Source: an uncultured virus (IMG/VR IMGVR_UViG_3300027877_000003)
Taxonomy: Duplodnaviria; Heunggongvirae; Uroviricota; Caudoviricetes
DNA: 64,000 nucleotides
Direction: 5' to 3' (one strand)
IMG/VR virus record: IMGVR_UViG_3300027877_000003
The notes under the pieces: generated by a model
The model's database searches: none
What the model was told of the DNA's origin: nothing
Seen by the model: the letters and a program-made list of their open reading frames with translations, nothing else
In this document: one piece after another, positions 20,601 through 27,602 of the stretch
Numbering within the stretch: the first letter of the stretch is position 1
How the letters are laid out: every line of letters begins with the position of its first letter
Translations under genes and position numbers: made by a program

Positions 20601-23600
20601 GTCCATCTGTATCTCCTAGCATTTCGCCTAGTATTAGTCATAGTGCCAGCATTTCTCCCAGTCCTAGTGTCTCACCTAGTATTAGCCTATCTGCCTCTGT
20701 CAGTCCTTCAGTCTCTAGATCTATCAGTAAAAGTGCATCAGTAAGCCCGTCTATCAGCCCATCGGGAGCTGCTGATACTCCTTTCTATGAGAAATCACAG
20801 AACAATAGAGTTGTTTGGGGAGCATCAGGCACTAGAACCTACTCATTTACTTGTCCATCGGTTGATGATGGATTAATGTTAATTGGAATAACTCTTAATG
20901 CAACAATACCGGCTAATTGTTATCCGGCTACTGTAAGTTATGGAGGAACTCCATTAACTCAAGTTACTGAGAAAGTTACTTATGGGTTTAATACAACTAG
21001 CTTATGGTATCTCAAAGAACCCACAGCGGGAACGGCAGATATTGTCATAACCATCAGCAACTCCGATGTTTTTGCTATAGTTGTTCAAACAGTAATTTAC
21101 TCCAATGTTAATCAATCCAATACTTTTGGAACTCCAGTTAAAGATACTGTAGTAGTCGCTACAAACAATTTTGATACTGCGGAAATTACAAGTGCAAGCA
21201 ATGAAATTGTAGTTGCCGTTTTTGGAACACACGATGCAAATGATGAAGATGATCTATTCTCTGATAGTGGTCAAACTGTTAGATTAATAGAACAGAGCGG
21301 CGGTTCACCAGGTACTGACAAGTCAGCATTAGAAACTTTTGATGAAGAAGCTGGAGCAACATCTGTTTATTGTGGCTGGACAACTACCAGCAATTGTAAA
21401 GGTGGATGGATAGCTGTTCCAATCAGAGGTAAAATAGGGAGTGCTTCTGTTTCGCCTTCGGTGAGTTTATCTATTAGTCCATCTGCCAGTATATCACTAT
21501 CACCATCAGTTTCACCAAGTATAAGTCCTTCGGCAAGTGTTAGTCCAAGTATTAGTCTGTCTGCTAGTGTTTCTCCTTCAGTAAGTCCATCTGTTTCACT
21601 TTCCATAAGCCCTTCCGCATCAATTTCACCCAGTGTTTCTCCTTCAGAGAGTCGGAGTGTAAGTGCAAGCGCAAGTGCTTCTGTTTCTCCAAGTGTATCT
21701 GTTTCAGTCAGTCTTTCTATTTCCCCTAGTAGAAGTATATCTCCATCTGTATCTCTATCAGTTTCACGTTCAGTTAGCCCATCAGTTTCACCATCTGTAA
21801 GTTTAAGTTTATCACCTTCTGGATCTGTATCTGTTAGTGAAAGTATTAGTGCGAGTCCTTCTCCTTCTGTTGGCTCTGAATCTGTTAGTCCTAGTGTCTC
21901 TCCAAGTGTCTCTCCCAGTTATAGTGTTAGTATTTCTGTTTCACCTTCAGTATCTCCATCAGTTAGCCCTAGCATTAGCCCATCTGCTTCAGTCAGTCTA
22001 TCAGTTAGTCCAAGCGTCAGTCCTTCTGTTAGCCCTTCGGCTAGTGTATCACCATCCATCGGAGCAATCGGAGAGGTATGTTGGGGACATGATACCGATG
22101 TGGATGAAGCTAATGTATTAGATTTTGCTGGTAACTGGAGCGGGACTGGTACTATCTCAGGGACAGGAGATGCAGAAGCTATCGAGTTGAACGTAGGTGA
22201 GTATATGATCTCTGAGATCGTAGAGACAGGTGACATGATATGTGAATTACTCCAGAACGCATATGACCCATCTGGTGATGATGTGATTATGGAGTACCGC
22301 ACCGGATCAACTGTCTTTGAATGCTTTGATGCCGCTTGGACGATCTATACTGATAAATTTATTTCGGAAGGTTATGTCCAGATTAAACTAACCAACGCTG
22401 ATGTATTTTACGTTGATGCAACAGATGGAGATGATGGTAATCCAGGTACAGAAGAAGAACCTTGGCAAACGATAACCAAGGTCAATGCAGCTACTCTCAC
22501 GCCAGGTGATCATGTATTATTCAAGCGTGGAGAAACATGGCGTGGTGAATCAATGGCCGTTCCATCTTCAGGGGCTGCTGGCGCACCTATCACCTTCGGT
22601 GCATATGGGACAGGTGCAAATCCACTCATTGATCCGACAACTGAGTTTAATGACTTCAGTAGTTATAGTGGCAATATTTGGAGGCGTTCACAAGTAGGTG
22701 TAATAAGTCTCACGCAGGTATTTGAGGACGGAACACGGATGATTTTTGCTGCCAACATTGCCGCAATGGTTCAGGGATCATGGGCATACGACTCATCCAC
22801 CCCAGGCTATGTCTATGTTTGGTGTAGTGATGACGGCAACCCCAACACGGGGCATGTAATTGAGTACGATGCTGTGACCCTTGCAAATCTTGGGACAATC
22901 CAGCTGAACGGGAAATCATACCTTGTTTTTGATAGCATTGATTTTTACAGACCAGGAGATTGTGCTTTTATTGCCTCTGATACGGTTACACCATCGACAT
23001 ATGTAACTATCCAGAACTGCAACTTTTCCTTTTGTGGTGGGCGATCTATATTGTTAGGCACAGATGGCTCATATGGTTATACCTACCCGACTGATGTGAC
23101 TGTATCCAACTGTGTAGCACATGACGATTTGGATGTCCCGTTCTGGATCGGGCATGGTACACGCCTGATTATTGAAAATTGCGAAGCATATGATTGTGGC
23201 AAAGATGTTGATCCGTATGGAAAACTATATTCAACATCAAAACACTTTCCAAACGGCATCTTGATTAGTGCAGAAGCTCAGGATTGTATTGTCAGGAATA
23301 ATTATGTCCATGACATATATGATATAGCAATTCTTGATGAGCAATCAATTGGAGAAGTTGGAAATAACACAATTATTGAGGGAAATTTAATCGACATGAC
23401 AAGCAGAAGTAATACATGCTTAGAAGTCGAGGGTGACAATACAACCGTCCGCAATAACATTATATATACTGGTTCTGGTTCTGCCATCATTCTAGCAAAT
23501 AGCCCTGCATCCCCGTTGATATACAATAATACAATCATCAGTCCATCCGGGGCTGGACACTCAATAGATACAAATAGCCAGCCAGGGGCTAAGGTCAAAA

Positions 23601-23947
23601 ATAACATTATCATTCGGGCTGGTGCAACCAATCGTTATGTATCAGTAGCAATCGCAGCACAAACTAACTTCGAGGCTGATAATAACTTGTATTATGGTGC
23701 ATCTACTGGACGGTGGTTTTGGGGGCCAACTGAGTACACTACATTTGCAACCTGGAAATCTAACTCAACCCAGGATGCAAATGGGTTGAATGAAGATCCG
23801 ATAGTTGTCACACAATGGACTGATCTTCACTTGCAAGTAACTTCACCCTGCATTGGTGCGGGGGAGGCTGGACTGGTAACTGATGATTATGACGATGTAG
23901 CACGTGGCGCTACAACTGATATTGGAGCATTGGAGTATGTAGCATAA
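17609..23947 (+). CDS. 2112-aa serine-rich-repeat virion fibre/adhesin (LamG/ConA-like domains, four Ser-X tracts, WGH domain, C-terminal beta-helix)
   Basis: LSTGQWYIIEVH / WYFDDIAIND and two LQLWIDG..LDELIIND domains; (S-X)n tracts; FYVDATDGDDGNPGTEEEPWQTI..GDHVLFKRGETW start of a pectin-lyase-like beta-helix; ends DLHLQVTSPCIGAG..DIGALEY. Confidence 0.75.
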   Translation: MARVWHSGWELNNPASVEWTSTIVSTGAISSSIVRSGSYSYQITSLVSTTSKGERFAYLGSEATNEHYFRLCLYVTTFPGAENRIAIWNDGSGTATPGVYLTLDNSGVLRLYDEDGQITGTTTLSTGQWYIIEVHYSNTGGAGACVVEARVNLASPFASSSTRSIASNNSPFHFFVGGNLNGEANTVGEWYFDDIAINDTTGSFQNNWPGDGHIVHAHPNEAGEYSDWTNTYANVDEVTPDDAVTLCASNTLNQIDDHGMVTPAELESGDTINVVSVGVRYNGAGAADNASFVVRIKTGAGATPEESSAITPASTTWYTNAGAAPQLYPLTLYDLPGASTTAWTKSSLDAAQIGYRCSTANTNNAQVSTIWALIDYTPVPSSSVSPSISQSLSLSASPSLSQSASISPSISPSFSASPSPAVGILVDIDFEENNLNEFDSVVNPDDDLTVNAGYALGGTSYGLGCRIDDTNPAYGIKSGFQSLTGDVRARFLFDPNGMLKEVYTVYLLQLQNISDTNFAWVGVYCDADSYSIRAALIEDDGTAVVTSIVLGEITDAEHCAEIYVQRATGESSNDGSLQLWIDGVSIQTVTGDNFNRFGSFNKILFGIPAVGGGATSTIFLDELIINDTGNEIGCAIPSASVSPSISQSFSISPSASISFSASVSQSVSVSISPSVSVSVSPSVSLSISPSVSQSASPSPSAPIGILVDIDHEENNFSDYDSVVDVDGDLSVTSSAALGETNYGLACLIDDVNIMYGEVTSLHSMTGDLRARFHINPHGLNMADGDTITPLILYNETIGFTIAAVRLGYTTANGYFIGVGFVNDAVQYFWTTDLLGVITNQEHCVEFYLQRATTVDSIDGSLQLWIDGVSIETISGKDNYDRFASFNTLRFGVVYTAATTTGTFYLDELIINDTGTEIGCLAIPSGSISPSISPSASVSISVSPSISVSISPSISPSISPSFSVSASISPSGSISASVSPSASESPSAVESASESLSVSPSVSPSISPSISHSASISPSPSVSPSISLSASVSPSVSRSISKSASVSPSISPSGAADTPFYEKSQNNRVVWGASGTRTYSFTCPSVDDGLMLIGITLNATIPANCYPATVSYGGTPLTQVTEKVTYGFNTTSLWYLKEPTAGTADIVITISNSDVFAIVVQTVIYSNVNQSNTFGTPVKDTVVVATNNFDTAEITSASNEIVVAVFGTHDANDEDDLFSDSGQTVRLIEQSGGSPGTDKSALETFDEEAGATSVYCGWTTTSNCKGGWIAVPIRGKIGSASVSPSVSLSISPSASISLSPSVSPSISPSASVSPSISLSASVSPSVSPSVSLSISPSASISPSVSPSESRSVSASASASVSPSVSVSVSLSISPSRSISPSVSLSVSRSVSPSVSPSVSLSLSPSGSVSVSESISASPSPSVGSESVSPSVSPSVSPSYSVSISVSPSVSPSVSPSISPSASVSLSVSPSVSPSVSPSASVSPSIGAIGEVCWGHDTDVDEANVLDFAGNWSGTGTISGTGDAEAIELNVGEYMISEIVETGDMICELLQNAYDPSGDDVIMEYRTGSTVFECFDAAWTIYTDKFISEGYVQIKLTNADVFYVDATDGDDGNPGTEEEPWQTITKVNAATLTPGDHVLFKRGETWRGESMAVPSSGAAGAPITFGAYGTGANPLIDPTTEFNDFSSYSGNIWRRSQVGVISLTQVFEDGTRMIFAANIAAMVQGSWAYDSSTPGYVYVWCSDDGNPNTGHVIEYDAVTLANLGTIQLNGKSYLVFDSIDFYRPGDCAFIASDTVTPSTYVTIQNCNFSFCGGRSILLGTDGSYGYTYPTDVTVSNCVAHDDLDVPFWIGHGTRLIIENCEAYDCGKDVDPYGKLYSTSKHFPNGILISAEAQDCIVRNNYVHDIYDIAILDEQSIGEVGNNTIIEGNLIDMTSRSNTCLEVEGDNTTVRNNIIYTGSGSAIILANSPASPLIYNNTIISPSGAGHSIDTNSQPGAKVKNNIIIRAGATNRYVSVAIAAQTNFEADNNLYYGASTGRWFWGPTEYTTFATWKSNSTQDANGLNEDPIVVTQWTDLHLQVTSPCIGAGEAGLVTDDYDDVARGATTDIGALEYVA

Positions 23948-26136
23948 TGAGTGCCAGCATTTCACCCAGTTTCAGCCCAAGTCCATCAATGGCAATTGTG
24001 CAGGATGTGGTACTACGCTTCAAGGGTAGCCCAAGTGTCAGTCCTTCAATCAGTCCCTCAGTCAGCCTTTCTGTTTCACCGTCAGTTAGCTTTAGTATCT
24101 CTCCAAGTGCATCAGTCAGTCTGAGTATAAGTGAATCTCCGTCACTCAGTCCATCACCAAGCATGGGTGTATCTGAATCTGAGTCTGTTAGTCCAAGTGT
24201 ATCACTTAGTATTTCCCCAAGCATAAGCCCAAGTGCGTCTGTATCTCCTAGTATTAGTCCTAGCGTAAGTATCAGTGTTTCGCCGTCTGAATCTCCTTCT
24301 GTTTCTTTAAGCATAAGCCTTTCTGCGAGTGTTTCTCTTTCTGTTAGTCCTTCAGAATCACCTTCTGTATCAATTAGTATTTCTCCTTCGATTAGTCCAA
24401 GCGAAAGTGTATCACTATCAATCAGTCCTAGTATATCTCCGAGTGTATCACGTTCGGTTAGTCCAAGTGTAAGTCCTTCTGTTGGTGCTGTTGGTTCAGT
24501 TAGTTGGGGTCATTTGACTGGTGTAACACAAGACAATGTTTTGACATTTGCTGGTAACTGGACAGGTACTGGATCAATCACTGGAACAAATGATGCAGAG
24601 ACAATGTGTATAGATGAAGGCGAATATATGATGTCAGAGATAGTCGAGACAGGAGACATGATAGTTGTTTTGACCCAAAACACATATGACCCTGGAGGAG
24701 AAGATGCCCCAATACTGGAATATAGAACCGGAGCAACTTCCGCAGAGTGTTTTGATGCAGCATGGATAATTTATACTGCACCATTCTTATCTGCTGGTTA
24801 TGTGCAGATAAAAGTTACTAATGCAGACATATTTTATGTAGATGCCACAGGCGGGAGTGATAGCAATCCTGGTACACTGGCCGAACCTTGGAAGACGATT
24901 GATAAGGTGAATGGGGAAACATTTACGGCGGGTGATCACATCCTATTCAAGAGAGGAGAAACATGGAGTACGGTAGATGATGTATTGCGTATTACTTGGA
25001 ACGGATCAGCAGAGAATCACATTGTATTTGGTGCATACGGATCAGGTGCATTGCCGATTATCTCACCAACCAACACAATTCCTATCTATGCACCAGCAGT
25101 ACAAAGCTATATTACCGTTGAGAACATAGATTGCAATGTGAACGGGACTGGTAATTTTGGAATGCAGGTTAGATTATCTAACTCGATTATTAGGAATTGC
25201 GTGGCACGAGAAGCGGCAATGGCGGGAATACTTCTTGGATCAGATAGTGCATATACTCTGATAGAAAATTGTACTTGCTATAACAACGCACAGTTTGGCA
25301 TTCAGGGTTATACCGCTTCAGGCAGTACCATTCACGACATCATTGTTCAAAATAATACTTGTTACGCAAATGGTACTGATAGTGGTGGACATCATGGAAT
25401 ATATTTAGGCGGTAATGGAGGAACTGGTAGATGTGCATATAACCTGACTATGCGTGGAAATACCTGTTATGAAAATGCTTCTTGTGGGGTCAAATACAAC
25501 ACCGTCGAGGATAGCATTATTGAGCAGAATTATTGCTATGACAATGGTTTAGCTGGTGTATTCCTTAGTGCGGAAACAAGTCGAGTGTCCTCCAATAATA
25601 TTGTCAGAAACAATATTTGCTACTCCAATTCGTGCGGTATAGCACTTTTGGGGGACGGTGTTGATGACAATGAGCTTTATCACAACACATTGGTTTTGAA
25701 TTATGCGGCTGGATGGGCGGGCATAAGCTACTATTACGACGGACTATCCGGTAATACAGCTAAGAATAACATTATCTATATGGATAATAGCTACACTGGC
25801 GCTCCCCCTATACGCTTTGCCGGAGTAAACGCCAGAGACAATAATATTACTGACTATAATTTGATTTACTGGAAAGATAGACCACCTGCGAACGGAATAA
25901 TTTATGTGGATGGCGTGGGCTATTACACGTGGACTGCTTGGCAAGCACTTGGTAAAGATACACATAGTATCAATGCGTCCGATCCAGTTTTTGTTACCGA
26001 CTTCACCGATTTACACATCCAAACCACCAGTCCTGCTAAGAACACGGGTGAGACTGGATTAGGTGTAACCGATGATTACGAGGGTACAATCCGTGATGCC
26101 CAACCAGATATGGGTGCATATGAGTACGTGGCTTAG
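23947..26136 (+). CDS. 729-aa serine-rich-repeat fibre with WGH domain and C-terminal beta-helix
   Basis: N-terminal Ser-X tract, VSWGH domain, FYVDATGGSDSNPGTLAEPWKTI, repeated IIENCTCYNN-type rungs, ends DLHIQTTSPAKNTG..DMGAYEY. Confidence 0.75.
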   Translation: MSASISPSFSPSPSMAIVQDVVLRFKGSPSVSPSISPSVSLSVSPSVSFSISPSASVSLSISESPSLSPSPSMGVSESESVSPSVSLSISPSISPSASVSPSISPSVSISVSPSESPSVSLSISLSASVSLSVSPSESPSVSISISPSISPSESVSLSISPSISPSVSRSVSPSVSPSVGAVGSVSWGHLTGVTQDNVLTFAGNWTGTGSITGTNDAETMCIDEGEYMMSEIVETGDMIVVLTQNTYDPGGEDAPILEYRTGATSAECFDAAWIIYTAPFLSAGYVQIKVTNADIFYVDATGGSDSNPGTLAEPWKTIDKVNGETFTAGDHILFKRGETWSTVDDVLRITWNGSAENHIVFGAYGSGALPIISPTNTIPIYAPAVQSYITVENIDCNVNGTGNFGMQVRLSNSIIRNCVAREAAMAGILLGSDSAYTLIENCTCYNNAQFGIQGYTASGSTIHDIIVQNNTCYANGTDSGGHHGIYLGGNGGTGRCAYNLTMRGNTCYENASCGVKYNTVEDSIIEQNYCYDNGLAGVFLSAETSRVSSNNIVRNNICYSNSCGIALLGDGVDDNELYHNTLVLNYAAGWAGISYYYDGLSGNTAKNNIIYMDNSYTGAPPIRFAGVNARDNNITDYNLIYWKDRPPANGIIYVDGVGYYTWTAWQALGKDTHSINASDPVFVTDFTDLHIQTTSPAKNTGETGLGVTDDYEGTIRDAQPDMGAYEYVA

Positions 26137-26144
26137 GATGTTAA

Positions 26145-27602
26145 ATGGCTAGTTTTAGTGTTTCGCCTAGTGTAAGTCCAAGTCCTTCTGCTGGCACAAT
26201 TTGTATTGAGGACATTCAATTAGATTTTCTTGGTAGTCCATCAGTAAGTCTATCAGTTTCTCCTTCAGCGTCTGTAAGTTTGAGCATTTCTTTTTCAGCT
26301 TCTATATCTCCTTCAGAATCTGTTTCTCCATCAATTAGTTTATCGGCTTCTGTTAGTCCCAGTGAATCTCCTTCCATTTCTCTTAGTGCTTCTATATCGG
26401 TAAGTATTAGTCCGTCTGTTTCACCTTCGATAAGTCAATCCGCTTCAGTTTCTCTAAGTGAATCTCCTAGTGTTTCTGCTAGCATTTCACCTAGTATTTC
26501 CGCTTCAGTTAGTCTATCAATTTCACCTTCGGCCAGTGTCTCTTTAAGTATAAGTCCTTCTGTATCTGCCAGCGTTAGTGTTTCTGTATCGCCAAGTATT
26601 AGTAAATCTGCTTCGGTCAGTCCTAGTATAAGCGTTAGCGTTTCTCCGTCTATATCGGTTTCTGTTTCACCAAGTATCAGTTTCTCAGCTAGTATTTCTG
26701 TATCAATTAGTCCGTCAATTAGTCCAAGTGTTTCACCAAGCTTTTCTGTTTCCCCTTCAGTTAGTCCGAGTGTTTCCCCTTCAGTTAGTCCAAGCTTTAG
26801 TGTCTCTCCTTCAATCAGTCCATCTGAAAGTCCTTCAGTTAGTATATCAATCTCTCCATCAATTAGTCCAAGTTATTCTGTTTCAGTAAGTGAAAGTTTA
26901 TCGGTTAGCCCTTCCGTTTCACCGAGTTATTCAGTAAGTTTATCAATCTCTCCCAGTGAATCTCCATCTGTAAGTCCATCATTCTCAGTAAGTCCATCAA
27001 TTTCTGTCAGTGTTTCTCCTTCAATTAGTCAATCCGCTAGTGTTAGTGTTTCAGAATCAATTTCTGTATCAGCTTCTGTAAGCGTTTCAGAATCTCCAAG
27101 TATAAGTTTATCAGCTTCTGTTTCACCTAGCGTCAGTCTATCAGTAAGTCCGTCTATCTCCCCAAGTGCTAGTGTAAGCGTTTCTGAAAGTTTAAGTATT
27201 TCTCCTTCAGAAAGTGTAAGTGCCAGCGTTAGTCCTTCAGCGTCTATAAGTCCTTCTATTGGACTTGAAGGTTCAGTTTGTTGGGGGCATGTAACTGGAG
27301 TAGTAGAAGAAAATACAAGAACTTTTGCAGATAATTGGACAGGTACAGGAACAATTACTAGTTCAGGAGATGCAGAAACAATCTGTCTTAATTCAGATGA
27401 ATATATGGAATCAGAAGTTGTATATACTGATACAATAAGTGTCGGATTAAAGCAAAATTTTTATGAAGTTGGAGATACTATATTACTTAGATATAGGCAT
27501 GGAGCTACTAGTGTAGCTTGTTTAGCCGCTGCTTGGAATGATTATACTGTTCCATTCAAATCTTTGGGCTATGTTCAAGTTAGAATAGAGGGGATAGCAT
27601 AA
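26145..27602 (+). CDS. 485-aa serine-rich-repeat linker protein with C-terminal WGH domain
   Basis: About 370 aa of Ser-X, then GSVCWGH...LGYVQVRIE. Confidence 0.75.
   Translation: MASFSVSPSVSPSPSAGTICIEDIQLDFLGSPSVSLSVSPSASVSLSISFSASISPSESVSPSISLSASVSPSESPSISLSASISVSISPSVSPSISQSASVSLSESPSVSASISPSISASVSLSISPSASVSLSISPSVSASVSVSVSPSISKSASVSPSISVSVSPSISVSVSPSISFSASISVSISPSISPSVSPSFSVSPSVSPSVSPSVSPSFSVSPSISPSESPSVSISISPSISPSYSVSVSESLSVSPSVSPSYSVSLSISPSESPSVSPSFSVSPSISVSVSPSISQSASVSVSESISVSASVSVSESPSISLSASVSPSVSLSVSPSISPSASVSVSESLSISPSESVSASVSPSASISPSIGLEGSVCWGHVTGVVEENTRTFADNWTGTGTITSSGDAETICLNSDEYMESEVVYTDTISVGLKQNFYEVGDTILLRYRHGATSVACLAAAWNDYTVPFKSLGYVQVRIEGIA

Noticed and set aside
18875..27602. 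Diversity-generating retroelement (TR/VR) behind the duplicated domains
   Set aside because: No reverse transcriptase in the window, all copies are in coding frames, and differences are not confined to adenines.
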